Source of the DNA: Pocillopora damicornis
Taxonomy: Eukaryota
Direction: 5' to 3'
NCBI RefSeq assembly: GCF_003704095.1
Contig: NW_020845410.1
Coordinates: 620,001 to 684,000 of the forward strand
Length of the DNA stretch: 64,000 nucleotides
Below the pieces are notes generated by a model that did no database searches, had not been told where the DNA came from, and saw only the letters and a program-made list of their open reading frames with translations. Below, piece by piece: positions 1 through 11,700 of this stretch (positions within the stretch are counted from its first letter, which is position 1; the number at the start of each line of letters is the position of its first letter). The position numbers and the translations under genes are program-made.

Positions 1-2022
1 GACAAATTTTTCGGATTATTTTGGATGAGGGAAACATTGTAATAACTGAAAAGAATAAAAATAAATAATCCCGAATCCCCTTAGTCAGTAGATGGCATAC
101 TCCACTAAATGGATGGCAACGCGAAAGATGTCAACGCTTCTTAGGAGTGAAAATAATTTTTTCTCCTTTATAAAGAAACCACGGATTAACTTCGAGTCAA
201 CTTCAGCTTGGCACAAACATTCAGTAGAAGAATACAGGTGTTCAAGGCCTTCATTAGTCATCAGTTTATCTAGGTGCGCCCTCTGTGGCGAATTTGGTTT
301 CCTCCAAGGCGGAGATTCAAATGGAATAGTCAAGTACTATGATAAATACATAATCCTACAAAGTTATCATTATCATGAATGCCATCTTAATAATTCGTGT
401 ACTAAATGTCCACGACATTACCTTTATCCAGCTTTGCAAGGAACAGATGAAAGATATAACTGGATGAAACTAGCTTGCACGAAACAACACTGAGGGAAAC
501 AAAGCCAATGAGTACAGAAGTACAAAGCACCCATCAGAGCAAGTTAATTTACAAATTCCATGATCCCACTTGTAAAACGACTTAACCGCCCGCGGTTTAG
601 GATTGCTTAATTCGTAGGAGATAAATGCTCAATTTCCGTACACTGATGTCCAGTCACCGGAAAAATAGTTTTTAAAGGATCTATAGCTTTTAACATTTGG
701 GATGCAAGTGCTTTTGGAATGAATTTGGTGGTATGTCGACTTCTGCTCACTAAAAATATTTATGCAAATTAGGATAAGGAGGACCTGAGATCGCTTGGCA
801 TTTATTAACTGCCATTTATTATAGAATATGACATTTACGCAATTTAGTTAGATATGTTCACAGTAAAACGCACGTGTGAGAACATTTGACGAAGTAGCTT
901 TTACCTGAGAATTTTAAGAAAAAAAAATAAGATTGTCTGACAATTGTTATTGTGAGTCATTCGGTTGAGACCAAGAAACTACGAGTGTTTCTACTTCGAT
1001 ATAACCAATCCTAAACCGCGGGTCGTTAAGTCGCTTCACACGTGGGAGTTGATGGGTGCTTTGACTAGAAACAGTGTTTCAGAAATGAATTTAAAGCGAA
1101 AGGCACAGGTTAGCTTCAAACTTAATGAAGAAATGAATATACATGGATGTTGAATCAACCCACAATGATAAAAAAATGATCGAAGCGTGCAAGTATGTTG
1201 ATATACTTGCAGAGGAAAACAGCACATAATTCGAAAATCGCTAATGACGTGTTCCTCGATCGAGAAAACGGCGTATAAGTTAGCTCGAATTTCCGTGTTT
1301 GTTGACCAAATGATAAATTTAATTCTTTTCATCAGATTGATGGGACAAAGACTTCAAGTGGACAACCCAATCCTTGGCAAATGAAGCGTAGTTTCGGCAT
1401 CGAACTGATGAAGGCTCAGTTTCTTTTAGGGCCAAGGACAAGTATTGAGCTTTTTGGAAACACAATTTTTCTTTCGTAATTCAAGCCTTGCATTTGAGTT
1501 TTATTCATAATATTTCATCCACAGATGTTTGGATTCTCCAGACATGTACATAATTTTTGAATTCGAATTTCGCTTTGACCTCTAATTTCACAAGCGAAAA
1601 CTATGCCCCATGAGTCAGGAGAGGAATCTAGAGTTATCATCATCACTAATGACATCTTAACAATTTTCCATAACACTACCTTTGTCGAGCTTTGCCGGGA
1701 AAGGATAAAATATACAAGTAGAAGCTGAATGAATCTTGTACGCACGCCAACACTGAGAGGAGAAAACCAAATATATTCACAAGGAACCGCCCATCAGAAC
1801 AAACTAACTGTCACGGACCGTGCACGGTCAATTCGAAGTTAATGCACAAAGCATTCCAAGTCCCAAGTAAGCTTGTTACAAATAATTACACCTAAGTCTT
1901 CCTACTTGTGTACACGCAGTAACTTTTTGGAGCTTAAAAGATAGTCTTGAAGTAACGGCGCCTTCTTACAATATCAACTCGTATAATCATGGAAAAGGAA
2001 TAAACAAAATATTATTAATTTA

Positions 2023-3536
2023 TCATTTCAAAATTTGGTCTTTCATAATAAAAGAAACGTAAGTTTCAAGGGGTGTAGGCAAGGGAAGCCGTCTAACTCC
2101 CTCAAAAATATTTTTATAATTCAATTTGAGTTGGTTACGTATCACACAGCGACAAAGATGGCTTAGCTGTCTGACATTTCGAGAACATTCCATGAGCCAG
2201 GCCTGAGTATCACGTGATATGGCACAAAAGAGAGTTGACCCCCGACCCAAGGCTCCAAGGCTTACCACAGCTTGTGCGTCACATAACATGCGGCAAATGT
2301 CCAAGCGTTGATTCTCAGCGGCTGTGACAAGGGCTGTTTTTCCAAAGACCGTCTCAATACTAGGGTCTCCATGATAAGCAAGAATCAGACAAACGCACTC
2401 CACATCTTTGGCCAGATGCAAGGCAGTTCGTCCATTTCTGTCTTGCAAATCAACATCAGCGCCAAACCGACATAAAATCTCCGTAGCTGACACTCGTTCA
2501 GACTTACTGCGCCCGTATTGAGCATACATCAGCGGAGTCGCTCCCCAACAGCTCGCCAGATTTAAAGGCGCTCCGTGACAACAGAGTGCTTCCAATACGT
2601 CAAAACGGCCGTATAGTGTTGCCATTGCCACAGGTGTCTTTCCCATGCAGTCTTGCGCAGACATGTCGGCCCCATTCTCCAAAAGAATCTTAACACACGC
2701 GGCAGATTGGGCAAAATGCAGAGGCGTCATACAGGGGACTGAGCACGTGCTAGAAATAAACGAACCGGAAGTGATTTCATCTGATTTCGTACTCCATACG
2801 GCTTCTCTGTTGTTGACGTTTGCCCTGTGACAGCAAAGCCATTTTACGACAGCGATGTTATCATATTCCACGGCTATTCTGAGTGGCGTGACAGGAAGCC
2901 CGTGAGGTGAGGTCCTGAGGCTCGCCAGAAAGTTGACGTCTATCAGTCCTAACGTTTACATGTAAGATCTTATTAGGTCATCTCCTATTTCATATCGCAA
3001 TGAATCATCTTTATATCATTACGACTGCACGGCTCTAAAGGCTCAATGATACGTCGCGTCCCGCTCTGGCGAACTCATCACTGGAAATGAAACTTATAAT
3101 TCTAAAACTGAGGCCATCAGAAGAAAATTAAAAAAAAGATTGAAATTGAAGACAGTAGTTTTTAAAATAAGAGAAGGGAAATTTTGATTTTGATTTTAAA
3201 ATCGAAATCTGATTATTTTAATTGATTAGTTTACCACGCCGTACATTTGAAAAATCTAAATAAGAAACTATAACGAGTAATTAATCACAAAGTTCTCTTT
3301 TTTCCCATCCGGTGCTCGTTCTTGGGAAGAGGTGATTTACAAGTTTACTCACCATATTTTGTCAAAACTGTCAAGCAGCGCACAGATCCTGCGAACGACG
3401 CAAACACAAACATTTCTTCAAAGTTTTTCATTGTTAATTCCAAAGGATTCGAGCCTCTCTTTGTCGCTTGTTCGCTTAAAATCTTATCCAGCTGCTGGTC
3501 TTCATTTTTCAGAATTAATTCCAAAATGTAATCCAT
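2023..3536 (-). CDS. Ankyrin repeat and SOCS box (ASB-family) protein, 2 exons (3353-3536, 2023-2948)
   Basis: Exon 1 MDYILELIL...TKYG ends at a GTGAGT donor (phase 1). The exon 2 acceptor ttag|GA restores the frame (GLIDVNFLAS...). Several ankyrin repeats (TPLHFA, GKTPVAMA, GRTALHLA, GKTALVTAA) are followed by a C-terminal SOCS box (LSHLCRCVIR...LPLPTPLETYV). In-frame upstream ATGs at 3554 and 3578 make the start uncertain. Confidence 0.88.
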
Positions 3537-4624
3537 AAATTGGCTGCCTCGCATGTAGTTCGATTCATCAAGGTTCATACGCAGTGAATTGAGATGACGC
3601 CCCAATTAAAGTCGAAAACATAAGAAACGAGCGTTCGATTTCTACTTATTCAGAAATTTGCATTACCCTAGGACAAAGAACATCTGAAGATGCGTGATAA
3701 ATTATTCAGTGTATCACAACTCTCCTCGGCGTATTATCAAATGAAAGGGAAAGGTTTCTAAGGAAAATGTAATTCTGCGTCGATGGGGGGCAATAACAGA
3801 ATAATTGGTATTATATCTTAGTTGTTCATGTAAATTGGCCACCGTTGGCTCTAACGAAGGGATTACGCTCGAAACTTCAGCTTTAGAAACTCTTAACGGT
3901 GGCAATTTACTTTATCCACTCAGTTGATAAACTTAATTATCCAACAATTCTTGCGTCGAGTTTAACCAGTTTATCCGTCGACTTTTTGTGCTATACTAGT
4001 ATATATATATATATTCATAGGTTATTTTGCGGTTGGTGAGCGCGTACAAGCGAACCAACTGCAAGTAACTTATTTATTATATACATACCGAGATTCATAA
4101 GTGAACAGAACTCAAAGATAAACTTATCTTTATTTTCTTTCAAAGGAAAACAACGCGCGGTGAAGCCGCCTCACTGTTCGAGAGTTGCACTGAAATGGCT
4201 TCCTTGTAAAATACTTTACATTTAAATTATTTAGCAAAAGTCCCGTTAAAAGGTAGAACTAATTAGATTAAAAAAAAGACATCCTGAAAATATGTCGAGA
4301 TAGTTCTAAGGAAGTTCAAAATTTGAAATGCAGAGGTGAAAACCCAAGACTTCATTCAGCTCTTGAAGAGTCAATTCGTCCATTTGTCTCAAATCGCCTT
4401 TCAAAACAAGAAATTCGTCGAACAGAGCAACATCGTGTTTGGTCTTTTGGTGTTTTCATTTTCCTGTCCGTCTATGAACTCTTCTACTGATGAATCTAGG
4501 CTCGGGTTTGAAGACATCTTTCTAAAGAAAAATGCGCCTGACTAATATGCTCGTTCAATGTAAGGTTGCTCGTAATGGTCAGACCTAGTGGTTTAGCACT
4601 AGACACCCTCTCTAGTTCATTATC

Positions 4625-5160
4625 ATGAAAAACTGTGGCTTATCCTTTACAAAAGATATCATGAGCTCCTTACATTTCTCGCTATTGAGGTGGACTCTAT
4701 TCTGCGTAGACCACTCCGCAACCTTATGCGCAATCTCCAGGGTACAATTTCGGTTGCCCTTGGCAACGACTTCAGATCCGGTCATAGCGTCAACGTACTT
4801 CCGTACATTAGCTAAATTGTCAACATATCAATTATTTATAAATACAAGAAATGGTCATGGGTCTAAGTTTTTCCCTGAGGGACCCCGGAGGGCAATTATT
4901 CTGACTGATAGGAGGAAATTCACCAAACCTCTCCCATTTTTAAATTCCATCATTATATTAACAAGAGTTGCATCAAGCATAGTTGCAAAGAACTCTTATA
5001 AAACTACTTTCGTTTTGGTTTACTTTGATTACATTACATAGACACATGGATCAGTCTTTGATTGGAACATCCGAGAGGCCCTGTCGAAATAATAAGAGCT
5101 GCCCTTAGCGCTGCGATTTAAGTATAACCATTCAAAAGTTCGAAGCACAGAAGTCATAGA
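4625..5160 (-). mobile_element. Degenerate LINE (CR1/L2-type) reverse transcriptase fragment
   Basis: The minus strand reads, with stops, PFLVFINN...VRKYVDAMT.SEVV...EWSTQNRVHLNSEKCKELMISF. This resembles the RT YxDD region and the LNxxKCKE motif of CR1/L2 elements. Confidence 0.7.
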
Positions 5161-5722
5161 AGAGGAGCTTTAACTTTCCTTTTGATTACTTTTCAACAAA
5201 AAAGAAAAATTTAGCCAGACAAATAAATAAATAAATAAATAGATAAATAATGGATGAAAAGATATGAATGAAAATTGAAAAATGAAAATAAATTGATAAA
5301 AACGAACGAGTGAAGAAGAAATGAAGGATAGAATTTCCGAATATCAAATGAAAACGTGGTGTGAATGACACTGCACCAACTATATAATAAAAATTGACAC
5401 ATGGCCTGTGTAGCTAGGGGTTGAATGCGTGCTTTTTAAAAACACCAAATGGCAGAAGGGGAACTAGTTGACTATTTACAAGTATGGTAGAACTGTTGAG
5501 TTTGGAACAGTTAAAAAGCAAATCCAGACAACTGTGAATGTGTGTTTCGAACTTGGAACTTCCGCATTGCGAGCACTATGCAGTCACTCAGCCGCGCTTT
5601 CTCTACTGGCAAATTGAATCACTTTAGCCCACTAACAAGAAGTCAGATTCAAATTTTATATTCTTTTAAGAAAGTGAATGCTTCATCAGGCGCTTACCCC
5701 AAAAACATTTCCGAACGGCACT

Positions 5723-8700
5723 TCAAAAAAATTCATCCAGCAAATCGTTCGACCATGGTCGTTTCTGAGGTTTCCTACAATTGAAGCAAGTATGAATAGT
5801 TCATCCTTACTACCTCTAACATTTACATATACATTTTTAACCATACAAACCATGTCAAAGCAGCCGCAATAAGATCCTTTGTAGCTTTTGATGTTTCCTT
5901 CGGCAACTTTGGTACCGTTGGCTTAGATCCAATATGGAAGATGGCCGCTGCCGGTTCAAGGTCACCCAGCGGAGGTCTTCCCGTCAACATTTCCACAACT
6001 GTACAACCTACACTCCTTTATAGGAAAGAAAGAAACCAACTCTTTGAGACCAGACTTAAACAATGATTTAAATCAATTTTAATCTTCATACTCTCATGAA
6101 ACTTGATCCTCTCTTTCATAAAATCAGATCCAAGGAAAGGAGTGACGAATGCGAAGGAACAGGTCTATCACAAGCAGTTAAACAGCTAACTACGCAGCAT
6201 TCCCACCTTTGTTCCTTCCAGCACTCTCTCTCTCTCTGTCTCACTCTATCTTTCTCTGTGTGTGTTTTACTTATTATGAAGACAGTTAAACTTACCAAAT
6301 GTCTGCCTTTCTACCGTATCCTTTTCCCCACAATATTTCTGGTGCCATCCAGTAGGGAGTGCCGTAATAGGATTCAAGAGCGGTTTTGCTCCCAATTTTC
6401 TGAGTGTGGATGAAAGAGACCAAGATTCTTTTAAGAAACGGACCTTTGGAGGGTAAACATTTGAATTTCACACCAAATTATCTTTCTCGCCGAGAGTCGA
6501 GAGGAGCGGGGATGGCTAATTTGTTTCAAATTTTGCTCTTACCACTTTGTTCTAAACCAATGACCCCACAGGGCTCCCCACAGGTCAAAATCAAAGACAG
6601 TTTCGGACGTTCAGGATGGGGTTTGCAAGAAATTATATGCAACATTTGAAATTGCCGAATTGCAAGTAAACAAACAAATTTTCCACCACGAAATGTAAAA
6701 TACCGTTTATAACTACCCTGCTCAAAGAGAGCAAAGCCCTATTTGTGGCGTGTAAAAATTTGTGAAGAATTTCTTCGTGTGATCGCATAATGGTTTTTTA
6801 CAGTAATAAAATCCATCTACAAGTTTTTTATATCTGTTTATCGCGGCTTATCGTCTTCAGCCTGTACATTTTTTCAGGAAAAGTTAGTAATGCTGTCTGT
6901 TTGTGAGGCTTAACTGAGAAATGCATTGTAATGATATGTGTGATATTGCCCGTGTGCATTTCGTGAGAATCCTATCCCCGCAAAATCAATCAAATGAAGT
7001 GCGCGTTCTGTCGGTATCCGGTCAATTCGCCACCACAACAGCAAAAAGACTCGCCATCACTGAAAGTCAAATCGCCACCGGTGGCGATTATTTCATTTAA
7101 CACGAGCTTCACACGAAGGCTACACAAAACGAAAACGTCAGATCGCCACCGGTGGCGATTTGACCTTCAGTGGTGGCGAGTTTATTCAAAGGATGTAATT
7201 AATTGAAAGGATCCTAAATATCATAGAATTGTACCTGAATTATTTTCGATAGTCCGAAATCTGCCAATTTTACATTTCTATCTTGATCTAAAAGGACGTT
7301 TGATCCTAGGAATATGTGAAAGAATCAATTAGAGATTTATAGACTTCACCTAACGAATATCACTCGGCGAAAATCACTCTGGTTTCGCTTTACGCAAAAT
7401 GATCATAATCTTCTTGATATCAACAAGTTTTATTTCATTTAATGCGAGATTCACACGACAGGCTACGCATTACGGAAAACTCAAATCGCCACCAGTGGCG
7501 ATTTGACTTTCAGTAGTGGCGAGTTTGTTGTGGTAGCGAATTGACCGTTAACCGTTCTGCCCGCTACAAACACAATCCACATCAGAGGATATAATTAATT
7601 GAAAGGATCCAAAATATCATAGAATTGTACCTGAATTACTTTCGATAGTCCGAAGTCTGCCAGTTTAACATTTCCATGTTCATCTAGAAGGACGTTTTTT
7701 CCTAAGAATATATGAGAATATATATATATTAATGAAGACTTCAGGTAATGCACAACATACAATTGACATGAGAGCGGAGTTTACCCCAGTGATTAATATC
7801 GGTATCAGACATCACCTCTCCCTGAACTTTTATTGTGGATTAAGTACTTGAATTGTGTGAGGTAAATTTCAAAGACGATTGCAAATAAAGACCACGTATG
7901 AGGAAGAAGACAAAAACTTGCATCTCAGACAATTATTTGCGTGATGGCTAATCAATGCATTTACTACAATATTTAATATGTATGATCTATGCACCTTTGA
8001 TGTCCCTATGAATAATTTCTTTTGAATGTAGAAAAGATACTCCTTCCAATATTTGCATGGTGTACTTTCTCGACTCTTTTTCAGAGAGAACTTTTTTCTT
8101 CTTTATGTGATCATACAATGATCCCTATCAATAACATCAAACAATCCTTAGCGTGCTTAACGCCAAAATTTCGGTATTTTTCATGTAGATTAAATAAACA
8201 ATAGCATGCATTTAGTGCGAAATTGTGCTCGTATACTTGTTCTTATGTATTCCTTGAAGAGAACAGTTTTCCGAGAGCGAAGCTCGAGGAAAACTATGAG
8301 CTTAAAGGAACTTTTTTTGTCCGAGGACAAACGTTCGAGTATAATTTCGCGCCGGATGGAGGCTACTGTGTCTATCATCCTATGTAATATTTTTGAATCG
8401 CGGAAGACTAAATGTTCACGAAAAGTTTACCTTTCACTGACTTGGATGTTCACTTTTCAGTGTTCGCTGGTACGACTTCATAAACAAACAAAAATATGTC
8501 CCTTCTCTGCAAAAACCCCAAAACACTGTCTTATCTTAAATTTTATTCTTAACACCGACTTTAGGGACTCACTTAGAGAATATTACCCGATTTTCCTTTA
8601 TTTTCGGTGGGGTATATCTAGTAACGTGACGTTTTGAGACCAAAGGCGCTCGAGCAAAAACATTTCATGGATTACAATTCACAGCTATTCATTAAAGTGG

Positions 8701-11700
8701 AGAAGGCTGGTGGTGGATATTTACCGGGCCGCTACTGAGCCACAGACACAGAGGTAAATAGTTGCTTTAGTATATTCAGGAGATTATGGGCAATTTATAA
8801 TCTATCGGTATAGACTAAATCAGTGAGGTAATATCAGATGGCACAAGAAGATGGGCCTCGTTGGCTATCTATCATCTCACATCCAACGTGCAATCGTGGA
8901 ATGATTGCTAAATGTATTTACAATAGTAATGAAGTTAACCAAGGTAGATTGAAGAAATATAGAATCAGAAAAAGTCAACGTTCGCTATCCAGAATTAGAA
9001 GTCGCTTAGAGAAAGCGTTACCAGCTGTATCCTGAGCTATAGTAAAACTTAAGTTTATTTTGATTTCAGTAACGCCCCTCATCTCAATTAATACCCATCA
9101 AGACTTTAGAACACTCAAAAGGTTATAGTAATCATTCATCAACCGCAGAGGCATTAAATATTGCTCTTCTTTAAACTTACCCCTTTCATCAATTCCATAA
9201 ATAGATGGAGATGATTGTCTTTCTCTACGCTTTTATAATAGGCCACAACTCGGTAGTGTCTGATTTCTTTCAAAATATTGATTTCATTTGTGAGTTGCTC
9301 CACCTCCTGGAATTTCGAAGAAGTAAATTTTTCAAGATAAATGAATTCTTCGTGAATCCGAAGAGAAGGCTCATTTCTAATTAATAGACAAATTTTTTGA
9401 TGTAGCAGTAACCGTATAGCTAAAAATCGGACGTTTTCTTAAATGAAAACATTTACATCAAAGGGTACAAGACTAACCTTTTGCGATTGAGTATACTGAG
9501 GCTCTATCTTGACTATTTTCACAGCACACAGGCCTTTATAGTCTCCCGTTGGAAAAGTACACTCATATACCTGAAAAAATTTCCCAGATTAAATCGTTTA
9601 TCAGTTGCCGTTTTTAGAAATAAAATCGACTATCTTAGAAGGAATGGAGTGTGCCTACGGCGGAGTTACCCTGTAAGAAAGCAAGTCTGTTCTCTGTTGG
9701 AATTGTTGCAACGTGGTACGTGACTTCCTCACTTAATTCTGTAGAAATAATATTGTGAGACTTCTTCCAACTTTATTACCGATGACTAGGAATAGCTCTA
9801 AATTTGCGTCGAATCCTTCAAATTTTGTTTTATGTTAAATTCCATCAAATAATATAGATTTAGCCAAGCCTAAAAGCGGAGCTCCTGTAAGTTTATTTTC
9901 CAGCCCTTCATTATGATAAGAACTGTTATAAAAGTCTTCAGCACTGGTTGCAGGAGAGTTTCTTCAAGGAGATTCAGGACCAGTCTGGGGAGGGGGGGAA
10001 GGATTTGACAAGGTCACGCCACCTGCCAAATTGTACTATGTCCGACCATTTCCCGAGGCGGATAAATAACAACAGAGGAACCCAACAAAGGTTTGTAAAC
10101 ATACCGAGCGCCGTAATTTACGTTATTATAACGTGAGCAGAGACGAAAATTCTCACAAAGAAAACGCAATCGACAGTCCGAGTTTTGAAGGTTTTCGCTC
10201 AGTTAGATTGCAGGCTTACGTACGGTAGTAAGAATTCAACACAGCTAACACTCGTGAATAAAGTATAGTTTCTTGTTCAAAAACAGAACAAAACAGGAAT
10301 GATGGAAGATATGGCCAACTGGCACAACTGTTAGAATTCATACTAATCATGAATCATGCCGAGGTCCAACGCGGCTAGCTCAACATTATGATATCCGGTC
10401 ATCGCAGTGAAGAAGCCTTAGAAATAACATCGGCCGCCCTTCGAGAGAACAACTAAGAGCTTGCCCTAACATACTTTCCGATGCGTTGGGTGGACCTCAA
10501 CGCATCGGAAAGGATGACGCATCAGTCACAGCAGGCGAGTTTTACGTTTTTATAAAGATTCTTTATTATTAAAAAATAGGGAAGCCTTGACTGCGCCCTG
10601 TACTGTTGCAAAGCACTTAGGAAGCGGCAGGAGTACTCAAGAAGTGGGAATATATAAGAGATGTGGACGCATGTTTCACCCTACTCTTCTTTCGTGCTCT
10701 AACCGCTTTCTGCGTGCTTTACAACAGAATAGAGCACAGTCAAGGCTTCTCCATTTTTGAATTGTTGATCGCGCGTGATTGGTCTAAACGCATCACGTGA
10801 CCGAATATGCCCCCCCNNNNNNNNNNNNNNNNNNNNNNNNNNNNNNNNNNNNNNNNNNNNNNNNNNNNNNNNNNNNNNNNNNNNNNNNNNNNNNNNNNNN
10901 NNNNNNNNNNNNNNNNGTTTCTTAAACAACGCTTTTCATTAACGTTAGCCTTGAAGGGTGAAGGTCACTCTTTGAGACTGCGAACTAAGTTCTTCCATTT
11001 TGACGCTTAAAAGCGTGAAATCACTATTCTTCGACCTCGACTAATCGACAAGAGGCAGAGAGCGACGTCGTAAAAGCCAACAGATCACAAAGTGTTTTGG
11101 TCCCGGGCTGTTGAGAATGATGCGAGGTTTAAACAACTTAATATATAGACAATCAACACTTGATGACACTAAAGAAAGCAAAGTCTCTTTGATAAAACAA
11201 ACTTATTCACAATTCTTCTTTTAATATCTTGGACTCAGAGTACCCAGTGACGGATGATAAACTGAGTTCCCTTTCTTCTAGTGTAGAATTAAAATATTTC
11301 TCCCTCGCCTCTTCAAAAGACTATGTGCCAACACCACTTGCAAGGTAAAGGAAGGGTAAGGAATAGCAAAGTTTACACAAGTTCGATTGCACGTTATAAG
11401 CCCATGGCCACGACATGTTCTCAATCGTGGGTTATAGGCATAACAGTTCTTTTGACATGTAGGTCAAAACAATAAAGCGCACATATCCAGATGGACATAC
11501 TGATGGACTAAACGGCTAAGGAGAAGAAAATAGACACTTGATAACGCTAACCTTCAGAGAAATTAGCTTCCAGTGACCGTAACGAAGTCCACTGAAAGAA
11601 AACGTTTGCATAAGAATACCAAATTTCACTTTGAAGCTGAACGGTTGACAGTGCCAGCATTATACTTAGAATATGATCTTCATTCTGAGAAATGTTAATG

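Noticed and set aside
85-493. ORFs 92-493 (+) and 85-333 (-), the latter faintly SOCS-box-like
   Set aside because: There is no convincing motif or splice chain.
9571-10916. Kinase lacks a GxGxxG exon, suggesting a pseudokinase or pseudogene
   Set aside because: A 100-N gap of unknown true size (10817-10916) lies where that exon is expected. VAIK-Lys, HRD and DFG are intact.
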